A model generated the notes under the pieces. It did no database searches. It worked only from the letters and a program-made list of their open reading frames with translations, and was not told where the DNA came from. From Eledone cirrhosa (lineage: Eukaryota), in the NCBI GenBank assembly GCA_964016885.1, contig OZ024741.1, positions 358,918,001 to 358,982,000 on the forward strand: a stretch of 64,000 nt of DNA, written 5' to 3'. Positions 1 to 13,130 of the stretch are shown here, piece after piece. Position numbers and translations under genes: made by a program. The first letter of the stretch is position 1. Every line of letters begins with the position of its first letter.

Positions 1-1145
1 TTGTAAGTAGACGAGAAAACAGAACCCAGATCCCCTCAGGGAAATGGCCTTGCTCAGTATGTAGGAAAGGTGTAGGTAGGAACTCCATTCTCTGCCCCAA
101 ATGCAAACAATGGGTACACAAGAGATGTAGCGGGATCTCAGGAAGCTTAATTAAGAATGTAGGATTCACATGCAGCAGCTGTGCTGAAACAGCAAGCAAA
201 CAGCCACAGGAAACAAGTACCACCAATCTCTGGGAGGCCCCTGTAGAAACAGTAGACAGCTTCTGCTACCTAGGTGACCGAATTAGCAACGGAGGTGGGT
301 GCTCAGAAAGTACAATAACTAGGGTAAGAACGGGATGGAAGAAGTTTAGGGAACTACTACCACTGCTAGCTGCAAAAGGCTTCTCCCTCAGAATGAAAGG
401 CAGACTGTATGATGCGTGTATCCGAACAGCGATGTTGCATGGTAGTGAGACCTGGGCGCTGAAGGTGAAAGACTTACGTAGATTAGAGAGAAACGAAGCC
501 TGCATGCTCCGATGGATGTGTAACAGTAATATACGTGAACGACAAAGCATAAAGGAATTGAGAGAGAGACTGAGCATAAGAGGAATCAAATGCTGCGTGC
601 AGGAGAGGCGGTTACGCTGGTATGGACATGTGATGCGTATGAAGGATGACAGCTGCATAAAAAGGTGCAGAGCACTAGAAGTTGATGGAAACCGCGGAGT
701 GGGGAGACCCAAGATGACTTGGGATGAGGTGATAAAAGCCGACCTTACCCAACTACACCTCTCAAAGTCAATGACACACGACCGTGACTTCTGGCGTCAC
801 GCAGTAATACAGGGTACCCGACCTCCCATGGGTACATGCTGAAGCATATAAACAAAATGCCCCCCTCCCCACCGCAAGGTGGTCGTGGAGGTGCCACGGC
901 AAAAAAGCACCCAGCCCACACTGTAAAGTGGACGTGTAGGCGCCACGAAAAAGCACCCAGCACTCACTGTAAATGAGGTTGGTGTTAGGAAGGGCATCCA
1001 GCTGTAGAAATCAAGCCAGATCAGTTCCTGTATGAGCAAGGCATGGTCAGCCGACCAGACACTGCCCACAACAGGACAACCCGTCTAACCCATGCTAGCG
1101 TGGAAGAACGGACGTAAAACGGTGATGATGATGATGATGATGATG
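1..1145 (+). mobile_element. RTE-clade LINE family A, 3' part (cut by window edge)
   Basis: Encodes Cys-rich finger, [24 protein letters not shown] and GRPK motifs; 3' UTR ends in CGGACGTAAAA + (GAT)n tail running into (TA)n. Confidence 0.95.
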
Positions 1146-1147
1146 TA

Positions 1148-1202
<55 letters not shown>

Positions 1203-1215
1203 TTATATATATGTA

Positions 1216-1264
<49 letters not shown>

Positions 1265-1273
1265 ATATGTAAA

Positions 1274-1304
<31 letters not shown>

Positions 1305-1468
1305 ATATATATATATATATGTATATGTATATATGTATTTCAGTTTAGTAGTCAGTTACAAATATTAAGCTCTAAGAAAATACTTCTGAGCATTACATTA
1401 CAATTTAAAAAATATATGATCAACACTACTGTGTTTTTTTTGCAAAATGACAATAAATTTTTTTTTTT

Positions 1469-1527
<59 letters not shown>

Positions 1528-1631
1528 GTATATATGTATATATATATATATATATATATGTATATGTATATATGTATATATATATATATGTATGTATATA
1601 TATATATATATAGATATATATATATATATAT
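1146..1631. repeat. Compound (TA)n/(TATG) microsatellites around a short unique spacer (1339-1470)
   Basis: Direct reading. Confidence 0.95.
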
Positions 1632-3104
1632 AGAGTAGATGAATGGCTTGTGAAAGCGGTACAAGCCATGTATTGGGGAGCAGTCAGCAAAGTTAGGATT
1701 AGCAATGAGTATAGCGAGGAATTTAGCGTACAGGTTGGGGTCCACCAGGGCTCTGTTCTTAGCCCTCTCCTGTTCATCATAGTCCTGCAGGCAATAACGG
1801 AGGAGTTTAAGACCGGATGCCCATGGGAACTCCTGTATGCTGATGACCTCGCACTCATAGCTGAATCTATGGTAGAACTAGAGAATAAATTCCAAACCTG
1901 GAAGCAGGGACTAGAAAGAAAGGGTCTCAAAGTCAACATGACAAAGACTAAAGTTCTTGTAAGTAGACGAGAAAACAGAACCCAGATCCCCTCAGGGAAA
2001 TGGCCTTGCTCAGTATGTAGGAAAGGTGTAGGTAGGAACTCCATTCTCTGCTCCAAATGCAAACAATGGGTACACAAGAGATGTAGCGGGATCTCAGGAA
2101 GCTTAATTAAGAATGTAGGATTCACATGCAGCAGCTGTGCTGAAACAGCAAGCAGCAAACAGCCACAGGAAACAAGTACCACCAATCTCTGGGAGGGCCC
2201 TGTAAAAACAGTAGACAGCTTCTGCTACCTAGGTGACCGAATTAGCAACGGAGGTGGGTGTTCAGAAAGTACAATAACTAGGGTAAGAACGGGATGGAAG
2301 AAGTTTAGGGAACTACTACCACTGCTAGCTGCAAAAGGCTTCTCCCTCAGAATGAAAGGCAGACTGTATGATGCGTGTATCCGAACAGCGATGTTGCATG
2401 GTAGTGAGACCTGGGCGCTGAAGGTGGAAGAGTTACGTAGATTAGAGAGAAACGAAGCCTGCATGCTCTGATGGATGTGTAACAGTAATATACGTGAACG
2501 ACAAAGCATAAATGAATTGAGAGAGAGACTGAGCATAAGAGGAATCAAATGCTGTGTGCAGGAGAGGCGGTTGCGCTGGTATGGACATGTGATGCGTATG
2601 AAGGATGACAGCTGCATAAAAAGGTGCAGAGCACTAGAAGTTGATGGAAATCGCGGAGTGGGGAGACCCAAGATGACCTGGGATGAGGTGATAAAAGCCG
2701 ACCTTACCCAATTACACCTCTCAAAGACAATGACACACGACCGTGACTTCTGGCGTCACGCAGTAATACAGAGTACCCGACCTCCCATGGGTACAAGCTG
2801 AAGCATATAAACAATATGCCCCATACCCCCCCACCGCAAGGTGGTCGTGGAGGTGCCATGGCAAAAAAGCACCCAGCCCACACTGTAAAGTGGACGTGTA
2901 GGCGCCACGAAAAAGCACCCAGCACTCACTGTAAATGAGGTTGGTGTTAGGAAGGGCATCCAGCTGTAGAAATCAAGCCAGATCAGTTCCTGTATGAGCA
3001 AGGCATGGTCAGCCGACCAGACACTGCCCACAACAGGACAACCCGTCTAACCCATGCTAGCGTGGAAGAACGGACGTAAAACGGTGATGATGATGTGATG
3101 ATGA
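1632..3104 (+). mobile_element. RTE family A, 5'-truncated, premature stop at 2469-2471
   Basis: QGSVLSP and YADD RT motifs; nearly identical to the copy at 1-1145; CGA>TGA stop; (GAT)n tail. Confidence 0.95.
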
Positions 3105-3114
3105 TATATGTATG

Positions 3115-3228
<114 letters not shown>

Positions 3229-3240
3229 TATATGTATATA

Positions 3241-3529
<289 letters not shown>

Positions 3530-3540
3530 GTATATATATA

Positions 3541-3896
3541 TATTTGGGGAGGGTCATATTTGCGTAATATTGCCAGAATTAATAACAGAACACACTCACT
3601 GTTTGGTTGGTTTTCGCTTCTCGCTGTCTTTTATATATATATATCTGCGATCTAACTTACTCGGTCCTCAATGTTGCCATTGACTGACCGGCGGTCAAAA
3701 ATAATACAGATACAATATATCGCGAATAATACAGATACAATATATTTCGCGAGAAGCGAAAACCAACCAAACAGTGAGTGTGTTCTGTTATTAATTCTGG
3801 CAATATTACGCAAATATGACCCTCCCCAAATATAACAATATCTGTTTCGACACACGATTTCATATAAAAAACCTCGCAAAACTAATTCATCGCCGC

Positions 3897-3898
<2 letters not shown>
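3541..3898 (-). mobile_element. Non-autonomous PLE-like element with internal inversion
   Basis: 3541-3624 is an inverted repeat of ~3749-3832; segments are reverse complements of 4925-5243. Confidence 0.65.
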
Positions 3899-3945
<47 letters not shown>

Positions 3946-3964
3946 ATATATATATATGTATATA

Positions 3965-4012
<48 letters not shown>

Positions 4013-4014
<2 letters not shown>

Positions 4015-4892
4015 AGCTTATACCACTATTAGCTGCTAAAGGGTTCTCACTAAAAATGAAAGGCAGGTTGTACGATGCCTGCATACGAACAGCAATGCTG
4101 CACGGCAGTGAGACCTGGGCATTGTGTGCAGAGGATATACGCAGACTAGAGAGGAACGAAGCTTGCATGCTCCGCTGGATGTGTAACAGTAATATACGTG
4201 AACGGCAAAGCATAAACGAACTAAGGAAAAAATTAGAGATAAGAGGGATCAGATGTTGTTTACTCGAGAGAAGGCTACGTTGGTATGGACACGTGATGCG
4301 CATGAAAATCGATAGCTGTATAACAAAGTGCAGGGCAATAAAGATAGACGGTAGTCACGGAATAGGCAGACCTAGGAAAACCTGGGACGAGCTGATAAAC
4401 TCCGACATCACACACTTACACCTCTCCAAGACAATGTCACTGGACCGAGACCTTTGGCGGTACTCAGTAACAGAGAAGACCCGCCTTACCTAAATATATA
4501 GTAAAACCTACTCCAGCCAGTAGGCATCTCTAACAAAATACACCCCGTCTCACCACCCCCGCCCCCACCCCATCCACACCACCCCGTTCTATGTAAAGTT
4601 ATATTGGTGCCGCGCCATCGAGGCCGAAACAAATGAGATCGTGTAGGTGTCACGACAAAAAAACACACAGTCCACGCTGTAATGTGGCCGTGTAGGCAAC
4701 ACGGTAAAAACCTCCCAGACCCACACTGTAAATGTGGTTGGTGTTAGGAAGGGCATCCAACTATAGAAAACCTGCCAGACAGTCCTATGCGAGCAAGACA
4801 ATCACTCTTGCCTCAAGTGGGACTACCCCCGTCCAAACCCATGCAAGCGTGGAACACGGACGTTAAACGTTGATGATGATGATGATGATGAT
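4013..4892 (+). mobile_element. RTE family B, 5'-truncated
   Basis: ORF 4056-4493 matches the C-terminus of the 995-aa ORF; 3' UTR and (GAT)n tail. Confidence 0.95.
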
Positions 4893-4893
4893 A

Positions 4894-4924
<31 letters not shown>

Positions 4925-4925
<1 letters not shown>

Positions 4926-5236
4926 GCGGCGATGAATTAGTTTAGCGAGGTTTTTTATATGAAATCGTGTGGAGAAACAAAGAATATAACACCACTGACG
5001 ATGTTGCAGATGTGCAACGAAAGATTTATGTAAATTATGTAAACTATATATATGTGTTTGTGTCTATATTGTATGTGTACTATTTTTGACCGTCGGTCAG
5101 TCAATGGCAACATTGAGGACCGAGTAAGTTAGATCGCAGATATAAAAGACAGCGAAAAGCGAAAACCAACCAAACAGTGAGTGTGTTCTGTTATTAATTC
5201 TGGCAATATTACGCAAATATGACCCTCCCCAAGTAT

Positions 5237-5243
<7 letters not shown>
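4925..5243 (+). mobile_element. Non-autonomous PLE-like element with degenerate HHR
   Basis: CTGACGA-T-GTTGCA/TGCAAC-GAAA at 4995-5022; ends ATGACCCTCCCCAAGTATAACAATA + (TA)n. Confidence 0.65.
4993..5030 (+). ncRNA. Hammerhead-like motif (weak stems I and III)
   Basis: Core boxes and 6-bp stem II present; stem I only ~2 bp. Confidence 0.5.
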
Positions 5244-5313
<70 letters not shown>

Positions 5314-5350
5314 ATATATAAGAACAAAAGATGGTTAAAGGAGTTCCATG

Positions 5351-5421
5351 TATTTTATTATGCGCATTTCAAAAACAAACATCATCATGCAATAATATTT
5401 GTGTTTTCATCAGATAAAACA
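5351..5421 (-). ncRNA. Type I hammerhead ribozyme (inverted copy of 6797-6867)
   Basis: Reverse complement of the HHR at 6797-6867. Confidence 0.85.
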
Positions 5422-5687
5422 GGAGGACATGATATGAAGGCTAAAAAACACTTGTGGATAGTGCAGTTTTAAATCAATATATGAGAAGTAGTTTTAGATT
5501 GATGTGTGATATTGGGAAAAATATTTTATTTAGAGGGGGGGGGTGGAAAGGATGAAAAAAAGAGGAGGAGATGAGAGTGAAGGTGAGATGAGAGGGAGGA
5601 ATATAATGAGGAAGGATGAGATAGGAGGAGAGATGGTTGATAGAGAGAGAGAGATAGTTTTTATAACTGAGAAAGATATATTGTTTT

Positions 5688-5933
5688 AACACGGCTCTCT
5701 CAGAACTCATATGGTCCTTGAAAGACAAAAACATTAAATATACCATCTTTTGGAAGAAGGTTTCTTCTGCATCTTCATACTTGAACAGCTCTCTATCTAA
5801 AATCTGCAATCTCTGCCTAAATGAAAAATTTACCATTATCTCTAATCTGGATTCTATAATAAATAGACGAACTGACTTGTTTTCCATCTGCTTGCATAAA
5901 TTCCATAAAACATTTCACAAAGTATACAGCTAA
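5688..5933 (+). pseudogene. PLE GIY-YIG endonuclease C-terminal remnant
   Basis: TALSELIWSLKDKNIKYTIFWK...SKICNLCLNEK...INRRTDLFSICLH resembles the Naiad EN CxxC...CxH tail. Confidence 0.75.
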
Positions 5934-6796
5934 TATTCAATTCTTTATCAATTTAGAATCTTTTTCTCAAAGGCACATATGCATACACCTCTTTTAAAAT
6001 ATACACCTCTTTTAAAATATACCCATCTTCCTACCTTATTTCAAAGGATATTATACACTCTATAATACTTGTTTACTCATTACCCTTACTCTATTTTCAC
6101 CTTGTAAAATCCTTCATAACATATACATTTGTTTTGACGCCAGATTATTCATCCTTAATTCATTATTTTTTTCTCCCTATCATCTAACTCATTCTCAATA
6201 CATATTAACTCTTTCTTCGCACATATTATCAATTCCTTCAATATACAAACCTTAACTTCACATTATTTTTCTCAAATCCTTCAATACACAAACCTTAATT
6301 TTTTTTTCTCTTCGTTAATTTTCAAATTTCCATAATACTTGTAAACATACACACTTTTTTTTTACGTTAGAATATTCATCCGCAATTCATTACTCTATTC
6401 TCTCTATCATCAAATTCATTATTCTAAATACATATTAACTCCCTCTCCTTCGTCGCACATATTTTTTCCTTCGTTAATTTTCAAATTCTTTTAATTTATA
6501 CATTATCTTCCAACGGTTTTCAACCTCTCTATGTAAAACAATATATCTTTCTCAGTTATAAAAACTATCTCTCTCTCTCTATCACCCATCTCTCCTCCTA
6601 TCTCATCCTTCCTCATTATATTCCTCCCTCTCATCTCACCTTCACTCTCATCTCCTCCTCTTTTTTTCATCCCCCCCCCCCCCTCTAAATAAAATATTTT
6701 TCCCAATATCACACATCAATCTAAAACTACTTCTCATATGTTGATTTAAAACTGCACTATCCACAAGTGTTTTTTAGCCTTCATATCATGTCCTCC

Positions 6797-6867
6797 TGTT
6801 TTATCTGATGAAAACACAAATATTATTGCATGATGATGTTTGTTTTTGAAATGCGCATAATAAAATA
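6797..6867 (+). ncRNA. Type I hammerhead ribozyme
   Basis: Stem I TGTTTTAT/ATAAAATA; CTGATGA; ~16-bp stem II; GAAA; palindromic ATGCGCAT stem III; AUA cleavage after 6859. Confidence 0.88.
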
Positions 6868-6995
6868 CATGGAACTCCTTTAACCATCTTTTGTTCTTAT
6901 ATATTATGTATACTCCAGTCCTACAAACTGTAGAGTGCTTCTTATCCGATATCTGCATTGCTTTATTGTACTACAATAAAACTCACCTCCTACAT

Positions 6996-7082
<87 letters not shown>

Positions 7083-7121
7083 ATATATATATATATATGT
7101 GTATATATATATATATATGTG

Positions 7122-7160
<39 letters not shown>

Positions 7161-7316
7161 GTATATATATATGTATATATATATGTATATATATATGTAT
7201 ATATATATGTATATATATATGTATATATATATGTATATATATATAATTCTCAACAAGTAATCTTGGAAGAAAGTATCTTCAGTGAGGAATTTCATGAAAC
7301 GTGCCTGTTCATAGAA

Positions 7317-7446
7317 AACAACAACAAAAGCAACAATAATATTAATAATAATAACAACAATAATACTATTAATATTAACAACAATAATATTAATAATAAC
7401 AACAACAACAATAATAATGATAATAATGATAATGAAGATAATAATT
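7317..7446. repeat. (AAT/AAC/GAT)n trinucleotide repeat
   Basis: Direct reading. Confidence 0.9.
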
Positions 7447-7531
7447 AAGTACATAAATTAATTATGAAAATAATTATTTTACATAATTAGTTGAACAGCT
7501 GCAGTGAATATACTCAGTTATATATAAATAT

Positions 7532-8794
7532 ATCATCATCATCATCATCATCATCACCGTTTTACGTCCATTCTTCCATGCTAGCATGGGTTAGATGGGT
7601 TGTCCTGTTGTGGGCAGTGTCTGGTCGGCTGACCATGCCTTGCCCATACAGGAACTGATTTTGGCTTGATTTCTACAGCTGGATGCCCTTCCTAACACCA
7701 ACCTCATTTACAGTGAGTGCTGGGTGCTTTTTCCGTGGCGCCTACACGTCTACTTTACAGTGTGGGCTGGGCTTTTTTGCCGTGGCACCTCCACAACCAC
7801 CTTGCAGTGGGAGCATGTGGGGGCATTTTGTCTATATGCTTCAGCTTGTACCCATGGGAGGTCGGGTACTCTGTATTATTGCGTGACACCAGAGGTCACG
7901 GTGAGGTGTAATTGGGCAAGGTCGGCTTTTATCACCTCATCCCAGGTCTTCTTGGGTCTCTCAACTCCGCGGTTTCCATTGACTGCACCTTTTTATGCAG
8001 CTGTCACCCTTGATACGCATCACATGTCCATACCAACGTAACCGCCTCTCCTGCACACAGCATTTGATTCCTCTTATGCTCAGTCTCTCTCTCAATTCAT
8101 TTATGTTTTGTCATTCGCGTATATTACTATTACACATCCATCGGAGCATGCAAGCTTCGTTTTTTATGATCTACGTAAGTCTTCCACCTTCATCGCCCAG
8201 GTCTCACTACCATGTAACATCGCTGTTCGGATACACACATCATACAGTCTGCCTTTCATTTTGAGGGAGAAGCCTTTTGCAGCTAGCAGTGGTAGTAGTT
8301 CCCTAAACTTCTTCCATCCCGTTCTTACCCTAGTTATTGTACTTTCTGAACACCCACCTCCGTTGCTAATTCGGTCACCTAGGTAGCAGAAGCTGCCTAC
8401 TGTTTCTACAGGGCCCTCCCAGAGATTGGTGGTACTTGTTTCCTGCGGTTGTTTGCTGCTTGCTGTCCCAGCACAGCTGCTGCATGTGAAGCCTACATTC
8501 TTAATTAAGCTTGCTGAGATCACGCAACATCTATTGTGTACCCATTGTTTGCATTTAGGGCAGAGAATGGAGTTCCTACCTTCACCTTTCCTACATACTG
8601 AACAAGGCCATTTCCGTGGGGGGATCTGGGTTCTGTTTTCTCGTCTACTTACAAGGACCTTAGTCTTTGTCATGTTGACTTTGAGACCCTTTCTTTCTAG
8701 TCCCTGCTTCCAAGTTTGAATTTCTTCTCTAGTTCTACCATAGATTCAGCTATAAGTGCGAGGTCATCAGCATACAGGAGTTCCCATGGGCATC
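7532..8794 (-). mobile_element. RTE family A, 5'-truncated, with small deletions
   Basis: (ATC)n tail at left; ORF 8164-8673 homologous to family A; ends in the [10 protein letters not shown] region. Confidence 0.93.
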
Positions 8795-9283
8795 AGAGGC
8801 AATAAACATAAATGCACTCCAACCAAAATTAAATAGAAAACATGAATGGAACAGCAACATCACAACTTACAATTAAGGACAAAATGAAGACACACACACA
8901 CACATAGAACAAACAACCAACCAGTAACATGTAAATAAACAAATAAATAAACAAATATAAACACACACACAGATACCCGGATGTAATACATGGGCAAACT
9001 AAGCACACAACACACAAAAACAAGATGGCGTAGGACAGAACAAAGGGGAGGCACAAAGACAAAGAAAAGAATCCCCAGTCACTGAAGAGGTCACAGAATG
9101 TGTGACGAAAGAACTTTGACAATCTATGAACAATCATCTGGTTGTGGAACCAACCAACCAACCGGAAATTTATAAATTTATAAATTCCTAAATTTATAAA
9201 TTTAATTTATAATAAATTGAAGTGAAAGCAAATGGTGCGCGTGTTTCTTATTGGCAACATGACCCTCTCTAAGTATAACAATA
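8795..9283 (+). mobile_element. PLE 3' fragment (EN C-terminus, UTR, HHR)
   Basis: 8796-8876 reads EAININALQPKLNRKHEW (GIY-YIG EA..I....P.LN motif); HHR at 9078; ends ATGACCCTCTCTAAGTATAACAATA + TA. Confidence 0.75.
9078..9120 (+). ncRNA. Minimal type I hammerhead ribozyme
   Basis: GTCA-CTGAAGA-G-GTCACA/TGTGAC-GAAAG-AA-CTT-TGAC; stem I GTCA/TGAC; CUU site. Confidence 0.8.
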
Positions 9284-9458
9284 TATATACAAATATATAT
9301 ATATTTATATACATATATATATACATATATATATATACATATATATATATACATATATATATACATATATATATATACATATATATATACATATATATAT
9401 ATATATACATATATATATACATATATATATACATATATATATATACATATATATATAC

Positions 9459-9634
<176 letters not shown>

Positions 9635-9928
9635 ATACATATAGATATACATATATATATATATATACATATATATATACATGTATATATACATATATAT
9701 ATACATATATATATACATATATATATACATATATATATATACATATATATATATACATATATATATATACATATATATATATACATATATATATACACAT
9801 ATATATATATACATATATATATACACATATATATATACACATATATATATACACATATATATATACACATATATATATACATATATATATACATATATAT
9901 ACATATATATATACACATATATATATAC

Positions 9929-9961
<33 letters not shown>

Positions 9962-9964
9962 CAT

Positions 9965-10670
9965 ATCATCATCATCATCATTTTACGTCCGCTTCTCCCT
10001 GCTTGCAAGGGTGGGACGGGTCTTATTCAGCACAGCATCTCTCCACTCGTCACGGTCCCTCGTCATCTCCACCGTGAGCTTCAATGATCTGAGGTCTGTT
10101 CTCACCACCTCCGCCCATGTTTTTCGTGGTCTACCTCTACCACGTCTTCCTTCAACTGGCATTTCCTGGCACTTCTTCACCCATCGGTCATCCTCCATGC
10201 GCATCACATGTCCATACCACCTCAGTCTCCTCTCCCGTACACTACATTCTATCCCTCTCAGACACAGTTTCTCTCTCAACACATTTATGCTGGGTCGTTC
10301 ACGCACATTTACACTGCACATCCAACGGAGCATGCTTGCCTCATTTCTCTCCAGCCGTCGCATATCCTCTGCAGTTGCTGCCCATGTCTCGCTACCATGC
10401 AGCATCGCGCTCCTCACACAGGCATCATACAACCGGCCTTTCGTACGCAGGGAGAAACCCTTCTTCGTCAACAGAGGAAGCAGCTCCCTAAACTTCTTCC
10501 AACCCGTCCTTATTCTAGATACTATGGCCTCGGAACACCCTCCTCCCATGCTAATCTGATCTCCTAGGTACCGGAAGCAATCCACCACTTCTATAGCGCC
10601 CTCTTGCATTTGAAAAATGTGTCTATCAGTGCGACTTCTACTGTCTAATTTCCATGTACATCTACTGCAT
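9965..10670 (-). mobile_element. RTE family C, 5'-truncated, almost no 3' UTR
   Basis: Divergent paralogous protein ([13 protein letters not shown]...LASREKRT*) with stop next to the (GAT)n tail. Confidence 0.92.
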
Positions 10671-10843
10671 ACATATATATATACATATATATATACATAT
10701 ATATATATACTATATATATACATATATATATATATATACATATACATATACATATATATATACATATACATATATATACATATATACATATATATATACA
10801 TATATATATACATATATATATATACATATATACATATATATAT

Positions 10844-10880
<37 letters not shown>

Positions 10881-10937
10881 GATATATATATATATATACA
10901 TATATATATACATATATGTATATATACATATATATAC

Positions 10938-10986
<49 letters not shown>

Positions 10987-10987
10987 A

Positions 10988-11428
10988 AATTTCAGGTTAT
11001 CAATAATGTAGTGATAATATATCGTTACGTTAGAGATGAACAGCGTACGTGTAGGTTTGCTCAACGAGTATAAATTATATTCCGGAGAAAATGTAGAAAA
11101 GATGAATATAAAATGAAAGTGCTTTTTTTGAAAAGGAATTTATTAGGTATTGACATATGTTTCTGTAACAGACGGAATACCTATGTATCGCTGCTTGCGT
11201 AATCATATAATGTTAGCAAGTATTCGATAGCAAATGTATAATCAGTTGTCACTTCTTCAGAGATCTTGGATAAATTGGATAAAATCAGAAAAATTGAAGT
11301 ATTTATATTAGTAATAGAGGAAGAAGAGAGGGGATAGTACATGACAGATGGTAATTCAATTTACTGCTAAACAAGTATATAAAGGGTTTCTAATGAGAAT
11401 ACCATGAGTAAATGGTTCATTTTATCTA
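10988..11428 (-). mobile_element. PLE-like pLTR fragment with atypical HHR
   Basis: Minus strand CTGAAGA-A-GTGACA...TGTTAC-A-GAAACATATGTC followed by AATAAA; flanked by TA. Confidence 0.6.
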
Positions 11429-11429
11429 C

Positions 11430-11508
<79 letters not shown>

Positions 11509-12253
11509 CATATATGTATATATACATACATATATATATATACATACATATATATATATATACATACATATATATATATATACATACATATATATATATA
11601 CATACATATATATATATACATATATATATATACATACATATATATATATACATACATATATATATATACATATATATATATATAGATACATATATATATA
11701 TACATACATATATATATATACATACATATATATATATACATACATATATATATATACATATATATATATACATATATATATATACATATATATATATATA
11801 CATACATATATATATATACATATATATATATACATATATATATATACATATATATATATACATATATATATATACATATATATATATATACATACATATA
11901 TATATATACATACATATATATATATACATATATATACATATATATATACATATATATATACATATATATATACATATATATATATATACAATATAACTCC
12001 CTCTGGTTGAGTAATCTTTGAAGTGTGGTGACTGCTGGAAAGCTGCCATTACTCATACTGCTCGCCTCCTTCACCACCTCTTCTACGGCTTCGATATAAA
12101 TACCCCCTCCGCCTCTGTGGTATTTTCTTCGGGGTTATAAGAGGCTTAGCTCTGTTTCTCGACCGTTATATCGCGTGACTATCTCCCCCTCCGCCTTTTG
12201 GGATTCTTTCTCACGTCGTGTGGACGCGTTCTTGAGACTAGTAAAATGAGGTA

Positions 12254-12343
12254 TCCTCTTGATAAGTCGGCAGACATCGCAGGAACTCTATATCTTTATG
12301 ATGTATTGTTTTTGTTTATGCCACGAAACTACGTAGTCGAGGA
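12254..12343 (+). ncRNA. Type I HHR, U3-A8 core variant
   Basis: TCCTC-TTGATAA-GT(C)GGCA...TGCCAC-GAAAC-TACGTA-GTC-GAGGA; GUC cut after 12338. Confidence 0.85.
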
Positions 12344-12844
12344 ATCTAGGAGCAGTTTAGGTATGATACATTTTATTACTAATTATATCTAAATGTTTCT
12401 TCTCTCTTCATAATGTAGTTTTAACTCTGATACTGGTTCAGTCTAGTTCAACCGGATTGGTCTGTCCCAGTCATTCATTGAGCAACATCGGTGAGGTTGG
12501 CACCCTTAACTCACGGTTGGGTGTGGATGCATTCATGTATATGTGTGTCCGCATGTATCTGTGTGTTTCTAAATATATTGTTAATAACTCCCTCTGGTTG
12601 AGTAATCTTTGAAGTGTGGTGACTGCTGGAAAGCTGCCATTACTCATACTTCTCGCCTCCTTCACCACCTCTTCTACGGCTTCGATATAAATACCCCCTC
12701 CGCCTCTGTGGTATTTTCTTCGGGGTTAGAAGAGGCTTTGCTCTGTTTCTCGACCGTTATATCGCGTGACTATCTCCCCCTCCGCCTTTTGGGATTCTTT
12801 CTCACGTCGTGTGGACGCGTTCTTGAGACTAGTAAAATGAGGTA

Positions 12845-12934
12845 TCCTCTTGATAAGTCGGCAGACCTCACAGGGACTCTATATCTTTATGATGTATTGT
12901 TTTTGTTTATGCCACGAAACTATGTAGTCGAGGA
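12845..12934 (+). ncRNA. Type I HHR, U3-A8 core variant (second copy)
   Basis: Same fold as 12254-12343; stem III TATGTA; cut after 12929. Confidence 0.83.
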
Positions 12935-13003
12935 ATCTAGGAGCAGTTTAGGTATGATACATTTTATTACTAATTATATCTAAATGTTTCTTCTCTCTTC
13001 ATA

Positions 13004-13096
<93 letters not shown>

Positions 13097-13099
13097 CAT

Positions 13100-13130
<31 letters not shown>

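Larger units (their letters stand above)
5311..6995 (+). mobile_element. Penelope-like element (probably Naiad-type), 5'-truncated, with inverted pseudo-LTR
   Basis: 5311-5688 is an inverted copy of 6534-6907; GIY-YIG C-terminal remnant in between; HHR in the pLTR; both ends in (TA)n. Confidence 0.85.
11993..13005 (+). mobile_element. Retrozyme-like tandem element: 422-bp direct repeats, 591-nt period, one HHR per repeat
   Basis: 11993-12414 is nearly identical to 12584-13005; no credible ORF; TA flanks. Confidence 0.8.

Noticed and set aside
12198-12983. 64-aa and 124-aa ORFs in the retrozyme-like repeat
   Set aside because: TTG starts, frame broken by stops in the first copy, no recognisable motif
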